From Bdellovibrionota bacterium (GTDB lineage Bacteria; Bdellovibrionota; UBA1018; UBA923): a stretch of DNA of 56,512 nt. Location of the stretch: contig JBFMCE010000007.1 of the NCBI GenBank assembly GCA_040754655.1, positions 1 to 56,512 of the forward strand. Direction: 5' to 3'. The position numbers and the translations under genes were made by a program. Below the pieces are notes generated by a model that was given only the letters and a program-made list of their open reading frames with translations, ran no database searches and had not been told where the DNA came from. Positions 1-9,465 of this stretch are shown in pieces (the first letter of the stretch is position 1; the number at the start of each line of letters is the position of its first letter).

Positions 1-486
1 GGCATTTCAATCGCCCTTTGGTTTCTAGCCACATACCCGAAGGTGGATGCACCTGTGGGCCTTGATGAAAAAGCAACGGCGGCTTACCAGCTTGAGCACA
101 GCTTTGCCGGAATGGCGGGGCACGCCATCGAGCCTCTTATCAAACCTTTGGGATATGACTGGAAGATTGGCATCGGGATCCTAAGCTCTTTCGCGGCCAG
201 GGAAGTCGTCTTGAGCACATTGGGCACGGTGTATGCCATCGGTTATGAGGAAGAAAACTCAGACGCCCTTGCTGAGGTGATGAAAACCCAAGGCGGGTTC
301 ACGCTTGCGACTGCCTTGAGCCTTCTGATCTTTTACGCGCTTGCCTGCCAGTGCATGTCAACGCTTGCCGTCGCAAAACGCGAGACAAACTCCTACCGCT
401 GGCCTATTGTAATGTTTGTGTACATGAGTGTTCTTGCGTATGCCGCGGCTTTTGCGGTGTACCAGATCACTCTTTTACTTATCTGA
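1..486 (+). CDS. feoB: Ferrous iron transporter FeoB, C-terminal part (truncated by window edge)
   Basis: Frame open from base 1 (GISIALWFLATYPK...). FeoB motifs PLGYDWKIGIGILSSFAAREVV and FYALACQCMSTLAVAKRET. Confidence 0.93.
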   Translation, partial: GISIALWFLATYPKVDAPVGLDEKATAAYQLEHSFAGMAGHAIEPLIKPLGYDWKIGIGILSSFAAREVVLSTLGTVYAIGYEEENSDALAEVMKTQGGFTLATALSLLIFYALACQCMSTLAVAKRETNSYRWPIVMFVYMSVLAYAAAFAVYQITLLLI

Positions 487-642
487 TTTCAGGGTTTATC
501 AAGCATGATCTCGCAGGCCATTTCTGGTCAAGCCGTTCCCGCTCTAGGCGATGTCCCGGACTCTGCGTCCAAACCTATTTAATCGTCCCTAGGAAATTTA
601 TTCCCTCAAGCTTCCATAAAACTGATTTGGAGGCCTAAAAAA

Positions 643-669
643 TAACGTAACAAACGCATGCTCCGATAA
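643..669 (+). promoter_or_regulatory. Candidate sigma28/FliA promoter of the adenylate cyclase
   Basis: TAAC-N15-TCCGATAA versus consensus TAAA-N15-GCCGATAA, ending 7 nt before the GTG at 677. Confidence 0.5.
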
Positions 670-676
670 ATAAGAT

Positions 677-3058
677 GTGAACATCCTGAAAAAGATATTC
701 AAAGTCACGCCATTTCGCCTTTCCTTGGCGATCACGCTCGCCTCGCTCCTGGTATCGATCATCTATGTGCTTGATCCGAAGTACCTGTCGTTCGTGGCGA
801 CCCTCTCGCAAAAAAGCCTCGATTATAAATTTCATATCCGCGGTAACAGGCCCGCCGCCTCGAAAATCGTGATTGTCGCTGGCGACGAAAAGTCGTTTCA
901 AACCTTTGGCCAGTGGCCCTTTGACCGAGGCAAAGTCTTCGCTCCCTTGATCGATAATATCTGCAGGCACAACCCTTTGGCCCTAGGATTTGATATCGTC
1001 TGGTCAGACCAAGAAAGGCTCATTTCAGAAAACGTCAAAGGAGCGCTGAGCTCTTTGCTAGGGACGAATGCGGACTCGCTCAACAGCGTACTGAGGGCAA
1101 ACAGCGGCGATGTGTTGCTCGCGCAGGCCGTCGAGCGCTGCAAGAATCGAGTCGTGCTCGGCTACGCCCTTCAACGCAGCGAAGAGCAAGGCGTGAATAA
1201 GGCAGAGTTCAATCGCCGCTTGCAGACCATTACCGAAAGCGGCAACAATAAATTATCAAGCCTCATGAGAGGGCGCGTGCGCTTCGCCCGCGACCGCGGC
1301 GACGCGGAAGCGAATGTCAGATTCTATCAGGTCGCCAACGGCGGTTTGCTCAACGTGCCCTCAATCACCCCACAAGGTGTGGCTCAAGGATTCTTCAATA
1401 ACGAGCAAGACGGAGACGGAAACTACCGCCATGGGCTGCTGTTCTTTCGCGCAGGCGATGCATTCGTCTCAAGCCTGACCCTGCGTATGGCTCAGAAAGC
1501 GTTAGATCCCAGGGATTCTTCTCCTCACGTCACCATTCAACCTTACAGCGACAAGTCTGCAGAAGAGCTCAAATTGGATTTGGTCACCGTTACTGGCAAA
1601 CGAGAGGTCCCGATCGACCTTCACGGACTCGCTGTCGTGAACTATCGTGGCCCCAACTTCACCTTTCCCAACGTCAGCATGGCCGATGTCATTAGTGATT
1701 CCGAGACCATCGAGTATGACGTCATCGAGGCAGGTGGCACCGCGAAACACGTCAAGACCGCCAAATCAGAGCTCTTCAAAGACGCTCTCGTTCTCGTAGG
1801 AATCACCGCCCTCGGACTTTACGACATCCGACCAAGGCCGCTGGCGCCCCAAGCTTCAGGGGTCGAAAACCACGCCAATATCTTGGATAATCTTATCCGC
1901 GGTGATTTTCTTACCACTCCGACCCCGGAATCGCTCTCGTGGATCTTGCCCTTGATGCTCGTCTTGAGCTTAGTGTACGGCGCCGTCATCTCTAGGCTCG
2001 ACGCCAAGTGGGGAGCCGTTTTCGCGATGGCAAGCATCGCGGCGCTGCTTTATCTTGATCAAGTTTATCTTTTCAACGAACGCAACACCGTTTTCTTTGG
2101 CTACCTCCAAGCCATTCAATTTTTGTTTCAATACCTCTCGATCACCGTGCTCAAATACATGCGGGAAGAGAACGAGAAAAAATTCATCCGGTCGGCCTTC
2201 GACAAATACGTCTCGCCGGCGGTGATCAACTCGATGCTTGAAGACCCATCAAAACTCAAGCTTGGGGGCGACAAGAAAGAACTCTCTGTATTGTTCAGCG
2301 ACATCCGCGGCTTCACGGAACTCTCAGAGCGCATCGACGTGAAGACGCTCACCCAGTTCTTGAACGACTACCTGGGCGCCATGACCGAGGTGCTGCAATC
2401 GAACAAAGGCACGCTCGACAAATACATCGGCGACGCTGTGATGGGTTTTTGGGGCGCGCCCCTCGACCTGCCCACCCACGCCTCGCTTGCCGTGAAAACA
2501 GCGGTCGAGATGGTGCTCAAGCTTGAAGAGTTGAATGCGGAGTTTCAAAAGAAGTACGGTCTTACGATCGACATCGGCATCGGCGTGAACTCGGGCGCCG
2601 TATCGGTTGGCAACTTCGGGTCAAACAAGGTTTTCGAGTACACCGTGATCGGTGACAACGTGAACCTCGCCTCACGCCTTGAATCGATCAACAAGTACTA
2701 CGGCACGCACATCATCATCAGCGAATCGACCTACAACTTGCTCAAACCCAACGAATTCCTTTGCCGCGAAGTCGATACCGTGAAGGTCAAAGGAAAACAC
2801 AAGCCCGTGAAGATCTACGAAGTGTTTCCTGACAACCCGACTCACGTGCCTCTGAAAGAAATACTGAACCCGTTTCACGTTGGTTTGAAGCATTATTATC
2901 AGCAACAATGGGAGCAGGCGCTCAACGTATTCCAGTCTATTTTACGGACGCGCAATAACGATAAACCCACCCTAGAGCTGATTGAACGGTGCAAGTACTA
3001 CTTGAACAACCCCCCCGGTCAGCAATGGGACGGCAGCTGGGAGATGCATTCAAAATAA
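677..3058 (+). CDS. CHASE2-domain class III adenylate cyclase with C-terminal TPR-like tail
   Basis: N-terminal TM; CHASE2 motifs (IVIVAGDEKS..GQWPFDR, GFDIVWS, GVENHANILDNL); 3 TM; cyclase motifs FSDIRGFT, DKYIGDAVM, EYTVIGDNVNLASRLE, VKGK. Confidence 0.93.
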   Translation: MNILKKIFKVTPFRLSLAITLASLLVSIIYVLDPKYLSFVATLSQKSLDYKFHIRGNRPAASKIVIVAGDEKSFQTFGQWPFDRGKVFAPLIDNICRHNPLALGFDIVWSDQERLISENVKGALSSLLGTNADSLNSVLRANSGDVLLAQAVERCKNRVVLGYALQRSEEQGVNKAEFNRRLQTITESGNNKLSSLMRGRVRFARDRGDAEANVRFYQVANGGLLNVPSITPQGVAQGFFNNEQDGDGNYRHGLLFFRAGDAFVSSLTLRMAQKALDPRDSSPHVTIQPYSDKSAEELKLDLVTVTGKREVPIDLHGLAVVNYRGPNFTFPNVSMADVISDSETIEYDVIEAGGTAKHVKTAKSELFKDALVLVGITALGLYDIRPRPLAPQASGVENHANILDNLIRGDFLTTPTPESLSWILPLMLVLSLVYGAVISRLDAKWGAVFAMASIAALLYLDQVYLFNERNTVFFGYLQAIQFLFQYLSITVLKYMREENEKKFIRSAFDKYVSPAVINSMLEDPSKLKLGGDKKELSVLFSDIRGFTELSERIDVKTLTQFLNDYLGAMTEVLQSNKGTLDKYIGDAVMGFWGAPLDLPTHASLAVKTAVEMVLKLEELNAEFQKKYGLTIDIGIGVNSGAVSVGNFGSNKVFEYTVIGDNVNLASRLESINKYYGTHIIISESTYNLLKPNEFLCREVDTVKVKGKHKPVKIYEVFPDNPTHVPLKEILNPFHVGLKHYYQQQWEQALNVFQSILRTRNNDKPTLELIERCKYYLNNPPGQQWDGSWEMHSK

Positions 3059-3061
3059 CCT

Positions 3062-4141
3062 ATGGCACAACCACCCGTTCCCCGCAGATTGAAAAAAGGC
3101 GAACTGCTCTTCAACGAAGGAGATCCTTCGAAATCGATGTACTTCATTCAATCGGGCACGATCAGGCTTTTTAAGAAGAAGGGAAATGCATCGGTAGAAC
3201 TGGGCCTCATCCACAAGGGCGAGGTCATCGGCGAAATGGGATTTCTTGACGGAGGCCCTCGCAGCGCCTCTGCCGAAGCGATTCACGAGACCACCTTGAA
3301 TGAAATCACAAATGCCAACTTGGTCGAACATCTCAAGGTGCTTCCGCCCTGGTTGATGGTCTTGCTCAAGACGATCGTCAATCGGCTGCGCTCAGCAAAC
3401 AATAAAATCCGCCAACTTGAAAGTGTTTCGACCGCCTACACCTATGGAAGCGAGGGCGTGAGCACGACCTATCAATACTTAAGCATCTACGACATTCTCA
3501 AAGTCTGTACGGCCGTTCTGGTTGTCGGCGCGCGCAACGGCGAGCCCGGCGAAGGCGGAGCCATCAAGATCGCCATGAGCCGTGTCAACCGGTACGCGAA
3601 CCAAATCATGGGAATTCATGTCAGCAAGATCACCGAGATGCTTGATATCCTCGAGCGCGTGGGCCTTGCCAAAGTAGACCGAGCGGTGCTCGACAAGATC
3701 GAGGTCCATCTCACTGACCTCAATCAGATTGAACTGCTCATCGCGTTCATCAACGATGAGAACCTCAAAGACCACACCAAAAAGACGAACTTCAGCGTAA
3801 AAGCGGTTTTATTGATGGGATACATCGTGAAGTACATGAATCAATTTCCGCCAGACAAAGACGGCAACGCGGTAGTCAACCTGGCCGTCATTATCGAAGC
3901 GGAAAAAGCCGCCAACGGCGGCAAAGAACCTTTTCGCATCGACGATACGATTACTGAGCTCGTCAAAGCGAAGCTTTCCGGTGATGTCTCGTTCAAAGAC
4001 AGCACGAGCATCACGCTCAAAGTCCGCGCCCGCGAGCTTACTCGCATGTATCAGATCCAAAAAGTTTTGAAGGAAGTAGAGACGATCAATGACCAAAAGC
4101 GTGAGCAAGCGGCAAGGAATAACACCGGCACAAAACGCTGA
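3062..4141 (+). CDS. Cyclic-nucleotide-binding (Crp/Fnr-like) protein with extended C-terminus
   Basis: LFNEGDPSKSMYFIQSG...GEMGFLDGGPRSASAEA phosphate-binding cassette; 3 nt downstream of the cyclase stop. Confidence 0.85.
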   Translation: MAQPPVPRRLKKGELLFNEGDPSKSMYFIQSGTIRLFKKKGNASVELGLIHKGEVIGEMGFLDGGPRSASAEAIHETTLNEITNANLVEHLKVLPPWLMVLLKTIVNRLRSANNKIRQLESVSTAYTYGSEGVSTTYQYLSIYDILKVCTAVLVVGARNGEPGEGGAIKIAMSRVNRYANQIMGIHVSKITEMLDILERVGLAKVDRAVLDKIEVHLTDLNQIELLIAFINDENLKDHTKKTNFSVKAVLLMGYIVKYMNQFPPDKDGNAVVNLAVIIEAEKAANGGKEPFRIDDTITELVKAKLSGDVSFKDSTSITLKVRARELTRMYQIQKVLKEVETINDQKREQAARNNTGTKR

Positions 4142-4190
4142 CTTTGATTGAGCCCTACTTCGGTAAGCAGGATGAGAAAGCGCCGTAGAA

Positions 4191-5258
4191 TCAAACTTTT
4201 TCAGGCCGAGTCAAACGCACCTTCTCGACAAGAAGCTTGATATCTTGGGCCCGATCTTTGGAAGCTACCAAGACGACATCCCCGTCTCGAACCACCACCA
4301 AATCATTCACCCCGAGAAGAGCCACCATTCCACTATCAGTTTGCACGACATTGCACGCGGCATCGAGTGAAACGACTTCCCCCAACGTGCTGCAATTGAT
4401 CTCTTCAAGCGCCGTGAACGAACCCACATCATTCCAACCGCAATCAGTGGGCACGACGTAAACCGGGATGCCAGAATCAAGCGCCCTTTCCATCACGCCG
4501 TAATCCACGCTCACCGCGTCTTCCTTGCGGATCTCGGGATAGATCTTTTCCACGTGCAACGCGCCCTCGAAAAGTCCCGCCAGCCCCGGCATTGTTTTGC
4601 GAAAAGCGCTCAACCCCGCTTGGACCTCGAAGATGAACATTCCGGCGTTCCAGAGGTAATTGCCGGACTCAAGATAAGAAACCGCGGTGCGAAGGATGGG
4701 CTTCTCAACGAATCTTCGCACAGGCAATGCTGGCGACGCCAATGGTCCCGTATTTCTTGTAGCGCGCTCAACCTCAATATACCCGTAACCCGTTTCAGGG
4801 CGATTGGGCTTTACTCCCAAGGTAACCAGGCTTTGGGCCTCTTTTGCTTTTTTGACCGCTACTTCCAAGCTCGAACGAAAAGCGTCTTCATCGCCGATAT
4901 AAGAATCGGCCGACATAACGCCGACGACCGCTTGAGGCTGCACCTTGTAAATTTCATGGATACCCCACAAAATACAGGGCGCCGTGTTCTTTCCGACAGG
5001 CTCGCCCAGGTAATGCACATCACGGTACCTTTCACCAAGCGTGCGCTGCGAAGGTTCGACGAGATTCTTATTGGTTACGATCCAAATATTTTCTAAGGGA
5101 ACGATCTGCGCGAAACGATCCACGGTATGTTGCAGAAGCGTCTTGTCATCCCAGAGGGCGAGCAGTTGTTTGGGTCTTTGAGCGCGGCTTCGCGGCCAGA
5201 AGCGGGTTCCGCTTCCGCCGGCCATGATTAAAATGTGCAGATTGGGATCGAATGCCAA
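4191..5258 (-). CDS. manC: Mannose-1-phosphate guanylyltransferase
   Basis: ILIMAGGSGTRFWPRSR..PKQ, EPVGKNTAP, PETGYGYI, FVEKP, WNAGMF, SVDYGVME, GWNDVGS. Confidence 0.92.
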   Translation of the reverse strand: MAFDPNLHILIMAGGSGTRFWPRSRAQRPKQLLALWDDKTLLQHTVDRFAQIVPLENIWIVTNKNLVEPSQRTLGERYRDVHYLGEPVGKNTAPCILWGIHEIYKVQPQAVVGVMSADSYIGDEDAFRSSLEVAVKKAKEAQSLVTLGVKPNRPETGYGYIEVERATRNTGPLASPALPVRRFVEKPILRTAVSYLESGNYLWNAGMFIFEVQAGLSAFRKTMPGLAGLFEGALHVEKIYPEIRKEDAVSVDYGVMERALDSGIPVYVVPTDCGWNDVGSFTALEEINCSTLGEVVSLDAACNVVQTDSGMVALLGVNDLVVVRDGDVVLVASKDRAQDIKLLVEKVRLTRPEKV

Positions 5259-5265
5259 GAAAACC

Positions 5266-5625
5266 TCAAACTCCTACGCGGCCATAACTGTCTTCAATAC
5301 GCACAACGTCCTCGAGCTGGGGCGTTGAGACCTCAAAAACATCGCAATCTTCAACCGCGATCATCCTGTGACAACGTCCGGGTGGGATGTGGTGCGCGTC
5401 GCCCGCCTTGAGATCAATCTCGATCATGACCCCTTTCGTTTCCTCAAAAACGAACTTCATGTGCCCACGAGCAACGAAGATCGTCTCTTCTTTTTCCTTA
5501 TGGTACTGCAACGAAAGTTGATGCCCCTTGCGGATGTGCAAAACTTTTCCGACGTAGACCCTCGTCTTCGCGAAAATCAATTCATGTCCCCAAGGTTTAT
5601 CTACGCGCGTAATGCTTGTTTTCAT
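5266..5625 (-). CDS. Cupin protein (mannose-6-phosphate isomerase type II-like domain)
   Basis: KPWG, LSLQYH..KEET, HRM, EVSTP..EDVVRIEDSYGR; adjacent to manC. Confidence 0.85.
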   Translation of the reverse strand: MKTSITRVDKPWGHELIFAKTRVYVGKVLHIRKGHQLSLQYHKEKEETIFVARGHMKFVFEETKGVMIEIDLKAGDAHHIPPGRCHRMIAVEDCDVFEVSTPQLEDVVRIEDSYGRVGV

Positions 5626-6329
5626 TCACTTACCTTCTGAACGATATAAGGTGGCAATGCCTTTGCCGTCTTCCATTTTACGGCAGTACGCTCGGCCACA
5701 TCCTTGTTCTCAAACAGGCCAATTCCAACCCGATACCAAGTGCCTTTTCCCGGCACCTTCGCCTCGAGATAAAATGCATCCAAATCATGCCGCTTTAAAT
5801 CGGCCACCTGCTCTGCCGCCTCAGCCACGGTTCTATGCGACCCTACTTGAAGGGTATAACGCGCGCCCGAATTTCTGTCGATACTCTTCTCTTTGGGAAT
5901 CGACAACGCGACGACCTTGTCTGTCGCTACGTTCGACTTCTCAAGTTCCTGAGAAAGTTCAGCATCGGCCAGGTCTTCAGCCTTATTCGTACTGGGTGCC
6001 TTGTTGGTATTTTTTGCTTCGCTCGCACTCTCGTGTTTTTCACCTTCAAGCTCGTCAACGGCGTCGGCTTTAACGGGCTGCTCATTTTGATGAGGGTCCT
6101 TGGAGGCAGCTTCGGAGTGTTCTTTTGAATGCTCGTCCCCTACCGGGTGCGAAGAGGTCGATTTCTCGCTCAGCGGAGGATGCTCTGCTTGCGGACCGGC
6201 TTTCGCTGCGAGTCCTTTTCCGAGCCTGAGTCCAAGAGTGAATGAGAAGAGCGCCACCAAGATGAGCAGCACGATCACCACGATCACTTCTTTCTTATTC
6301 ACGACGAGCAATTCGGCTTTAGGGTCCAT
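5622..6329 (-). CDS. Membrane-anchored SPOR-domain (peptidoglycan-binding) protein
   Basis: N-terminal TM, low-complexity linker, C-terminal YTLQVGS...KGTWYRVGIGLF SPOR motif. Confidence 0.85.
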   Translation of the reverse strand: MDPKAELLVVNKKEVIVVIVLLILVALFSFTLGLRLGKGLAAKAGPQAEHPPLSEKSTSSHPVGDEHSKEHSEAASKDPHQNEQPVKADAVDELEGEKHESASEAKNTNKAPSTNKAEDLADAELSQELEKSNVATDKVVALSIPKEKSIDRNSGARYTLQVGSHRTVAEAAEQVADLKRHDLDAFYLEAKVPGKGTWYRVGIGLFENKDVAERTAVKWKTAKALPPYIVQKVSE

Positions 6330-6456
6330 TGGGTCATTATGCTGGAGTAAAAAAACTAGTCAACTCTTCGCTTTTTTATACCACCCGACGTGCCCTTTTT
6401 AGGCTGATTTTCGGTTGGCATGCCTTGCAATTCGTTTTCGAAAAGGAGGATCCGTC

Positions 6457-6729
6457 ATGAAAAAAAACCAACAACGAGGACAAGGTCTTATTGAATACGT
6501 TGCCCTCACCGCACTCGTAGCTATCGTGAGCATTGGCACGGTAAAGCTCTTTGGAAGCAAGGTTCGAAGCCGGCTCAACCAGGTGGCCAATACCTTCGAT
6601 CGCAATGTAAAGCAGGGCTTAAAGCAGCGCCCCATGTCATCGGAGTCGCAAGAAGAGACTGAGGATGGGGGTTCACGCCTTCCTAAGGGAATCCGACTTC
6701 CGGGTGGCGTTCCGATCCCAAGATTTTGA
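6457..6729 (+). CDS. Flp/Fap type IVc pilin with C-terminal extension
   Basis: RBS AAGGAGG then ATG at 6457; RG|QGLIEY Flp motif followed by hydrophobic helix and LFG. Confidence 0.85.
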   Translation: MKKNQQRGQGLIEYVALTALVAIVSIGTVKLFGSKVRSRLNQVANTFDRNVKQGLKQRPMSSESQEETEDGGSRLPKGIRLPGGVPIPRF

Positions 6730-6744
6730 AATTACAGAGCTATT

Positions 6745-7098
6745 ATGGAAAAAGGACGGCGCTCTTCAGGACAGGCACTGGTAGAATGGGTGGTTTTTGG
6801 CGGCATAATTCTTTCTGTTTGGTGCGCCAGCCTCTTCCTCGCCCACCGGCTTCTCGGAAGAACCATTGCCGAAACTTGGGCTGTTCTAGGAGCCCGTCAC
6901 GAACTCTCAAAGAGCACGACCTTAAGCTTCTCTCAACTTTGGCTCAAAACCCAGTCGACTCTGACGTCAAGTCAGAGCAGAACCAATTACAAAGGAAGCG
7001 CCTCCGAGTACGCCATCTCTCTTCCCAAGACTCAAGAGGCTCGGTCTTGGTCTGGTTCATTCTCCTTTGGACTCCTGTTCTCTTTATTTTCGCGGTGA
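6745..7098 (+). CDS. TadE-like minor pilin
   Basis: SG|QALVEW prepilin cleavage motif followed by hydrophobic helix. Confidence 0.7.
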   Translation: MEKGRRSSGQALVEWVVFGGIILSVWCASLFLAHRLLGRTIAETWAVLGARHELSKSTTLSFSQLWLKTQSTLTSSQSRTNYKGSASEYAISLPKTQEARSWSGSFSFGLLFSLFSR

Positions 7099-7682
7099 TC
7101 TTATGGCTACGCTCTTCAAGTTTGGAATACGTCGAACAGCAAAGAAAACTCGATCGCTGCCTTTATTCTTATTTAAGCCAAAGATGTTCGGCGCTCTCAG
7201 GCCTTTCAAAATCGAACAATCTGTTAAAGCAGATCACAAGAGCGCTTGTGGCCCTCGAGACGACGCAAAAGACGGTTCTCTTTATTCCGGGACTCAACTC
7301 TACATTAGGAATAGCCGCTGGGGTCTCGGCGAAAGCGGCACGCCAGACGGCAGAAGCGATCGCGCAGTATCAAAACATGATCACTGCGCTAGAGGAAGCC
7401 AACGCTCTCACACTTTGGAAATGCGGATTTCCTGCGGCACATCCATTTCCAATTCATTTTGTGCGCCCGGAAACTTTCGAATCAAAAATCGCAAAGGTAC
7501 CGGCGCCGCTCAAGCTAAAAAATCACTCAATGTCCACGGAAGTAGAAGTCCAAAGCCGCGATTTGAAGTTCTCAAGTTTCGCGCACTGTGCGACCGATCG
7601 CCGAAGCAGCCGCGGAAAACTCTCGGGAGAACGCTACGCCATACGCTTTCAAAGGCAGGCCAAATTGCCTTTGAGGCCATGA
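6939..7682 (+). CDS. TadE/TadG-like pseudopilin (start uncertain; in-frame TTG at 6939 used)
   Basis: RG|SVLVWFILLW-type prepilin-like site plus TM, then helical Cys-containing domain; lies in the 6726..7682 ORF. Confidence 0.55.
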   Translation: MAQNPVDSDVKSEQNQLQRKRLRVRHLSSQDSRGSVLVWFILLWTPVLFIFAVILWLRSSSLEYVEQQRKLDRCLYSYLSQRCSALSGLSKSNNLLKQITRALVALETTQKTVLFIPGLNSTLGIAAGVSAKAARQTAEAIAQYQNMITALEEANALTLWKCGFPAAHPFPIHFVRPETFESKIAKVPAPLKLKNHSMSTEVEVQSRDLKFSSFAHCATDRRSSRGKLSGERYAIRFQRQAKLPLRP

Positions 7683-7789
7683 TTCTTCTCGTCTTCATCA
7701 CTTCCGTAACCACGTTGTTCATCAAACACTTCCAGAAGCTCACTCTTCTCTGGAATCAAGAGGTTCGAAAACCATGGTTCTCAAGATAA
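7600..7789 (+). CDS. Short prepilin-like peptide at the 3' end of ORF 7067..7789 (start not identifiable)
   Basis: AG|QIAFEAMILLVFITSV motif (G|Q-x-x-x-E plus hydrophobic helix); the 5' part of the ORF looks like a shadow of the overlapping gene. Confidence 0.45.
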
Positions 7790-8403
7790 TTTCATGCCTG
7801 CTTTTATTTTGCCTATCAACCCAGGCCTCGGCGCAGATGCTGCGAATCCACTGGAAGGGCGCAAAAAACAAGTCGTGTCAAAATCTCATCGAGATCTTTC
7901 TTACCGAACTTCGCACCTTGGCCTCGGATCGAGTCATCGAGCTTGAACTGAAACAACCCACCGCCGATCTGCCCACGAACAGCGGGCAATCTCTGAACGT
8001 TCTTTGTTCAAATGAAACCGGCCATCACAATACGATTGAGGTCGAGGGGAAGGCAGAGAAGCTTTATCTGAGATACCTTCCGAAAGCGCGGGGGTTTGAC
8101 GCCAATGACTGGCTTGCATTTCAGCAAGCCTATCTACGTTTTCAAATCCTTGAACCCGCCTTAGCCCCTCAAGTCAGTCTCAAACCGGAACCTCAAAGCG
8201 CGGAAATCCTTTCAAAAAGTCCGGCATCGGAAATTGAATCTCAGAAATCCACAAGCGTGACGGCGGATTCTCCTCGCGAGAACTCTTCAATCTTTACGAA
8301 ATGGTGGTTCTGGTCTCTCGTCGGAGGGGCGGGGCTTGCCGCCACCTACAGCGTCGTGCGCACGTCCCAGGACCGGTCAAAAGGCGACGTCACTATCCAT
8401 TAG
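7774..8403 (+). CDS. Exported protein with C-terminal membrane anchor
   Basis: Signal peptide (…STQASA|Q), Ser/Pro linker, C-terminal SIFTKWWFWSLVGGAGLAA hydrophobic segment. Confidence 0.65.
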   Translation: MVLKIISCLLLFCLSTQASAQMLRIHWKGAKNKSCQNLIEIFLTELRTLASDRVIELELKQPTADLPTNSGQSLNVLCSNETGHHNTIEVEGKAEKLYLRYLPKARGFDANDWLAFQQAYLRFQILEPALAPQVSLKPEPQSAEILSKSPASEIESQKSTSVTADSPRENSSIFTKWWFWSLVGGAGLAATYSVVRTSQDRSKGDVTIH

Positions 8404-8517
8404 GGTTAAGTTCCCAAAGTCAGCGCAAAAATTGAGCAAGGCCGTTCGATCTGGAGTTGACGTCTGAATTGAATTGGATAGGCTGTCGCAAACCCTTTTG
8501 AAGGAGCGTTTTTCAAA

Positions 8518-9465
8518 ATGTCTACGATCAATAAAGTCAAAGACCCTCGCCGCAATATCTTGGCCGTCGGATCTCTTGCGTTCGATTCCATCCGCACGCC
8601 CGCGGGGAAGGCTGACCGCATACTTGGCGGTTCAGCGAATTATTTTTCTGTATCAGCGAGTTTTTTCACGGATCTCAACCTTGTAGGCATCGTTGGGAAT
8701 GATTTTCCGGAAGCGCACTTGGGGCAGCTTAAAAAAAGGGGCATTGACCTCGATGGCCTTGAAATCGCCAGAGGAGAAACGTTCCACTGGGTTGGTGAGT
8801 ACGGCAAAGATTTGAACGAGGCGAAAACTCTTTCGACTTGCTTGAATGTTTTTGAACACTTCAATCCAAAGCTTCCAGAAGCTTACAAAGACACGCGATA
8901 CATTTTCTTGGCAAACATTGATCCAGACTTGCAACTCTCAGTTTACACTCAAGTCAAGCGCCCGGCTCTTGTCGCCGCCGACTCGATGAATTTCTGGATC
9001 ACGGGCAAGAAAGAAGCTCTCGTCAAAACGCTGAAGGTCGTAGACCTTCTCACCATCAATGAAGGCGAAGCTTACCTTTTGACGGAGCAAAACAATATCA
9101 TTGACGCAGCTAAGGCGATTCGAAAGCTAGGCCCCAAGGCACTGGTGATCAAACGCGGCGAATATGGCGCTCTTCTTTTCACTGACCATGGCATTTTTTC
9201 GGCTCCAGCATTGCCAATGGCGACCGTAAAAGACCCCACTGGCGCCGGCGATACTTTTGCAGGTGGCCTGATGGGATATATTGCCCACGAAGATGCGGGT
9301 GAAGACCTTTTCAAAGACGACTCTATTCTGAGACGCGCGGTCATTTTCGGATGCGTGATGGCAAGCTTCACCGTGGAAGACTTTGGCCTCAACAACCTCT
9401 TGCGAGTCACACCAAAGCAGGCTGAAGAACGTTATCAGCAATTTTTAAAGATGACGCAATTCTAG
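8518..9465 (+). CDS. PfkB-family carbohydrate/nucleoside kinase
   Basis: LGGSANY, NEGEA, KRGEYGA, DPTGAGDTFAGG PfkB signature. Confidence 0.92.
   Translation: MSTINKVKDPRRNILAVGSLAFDSIRTPAGKADRILGGSANYFSVSASFFTDLNLVGIVGNDFPEAHLGQLKKRGIDLDGLEIARGETFHWVGEYGKDLNEAKTLSTCLNVFEHFNPKLPEAYKDTRYIFLANIDPDLQLSVYTQVKRPALVAADSMNFWITGKKEALVKTLKVVDLLTINEGEAYLLTEQNNIIDAAKAIRKLGPKALVIKRGEYGALLFTDHGIFSAPALPMATVKDPTGAGDTFAGGLMGYIAHEDAGEDLFKDDSILRRAVIFGCVMASFTVEDFGLNNLLRVTPKQAEERYQQFLKMTQF

Noticed and set aside
351..638. 95-aa Cys-rich ORF overlapping the feoB end
   Set aside because: Mostly an alternative frame of feoB, with no RBS or recognisable domain.
6415..6430. TTGGCATGCCTTGCAA upstream of the flp pilin resembles a sigma54 site
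   Set aside because: Spacing is GG-N8-GC; sigma54 requires N10.
7067..7600. 5' part of the 240-aa ORF as a real protein
   Set aside because: Arg/Ser-rich shadow composition fully overlapping the pseudopilin gene; only the 3' prepilin-like part is credible.
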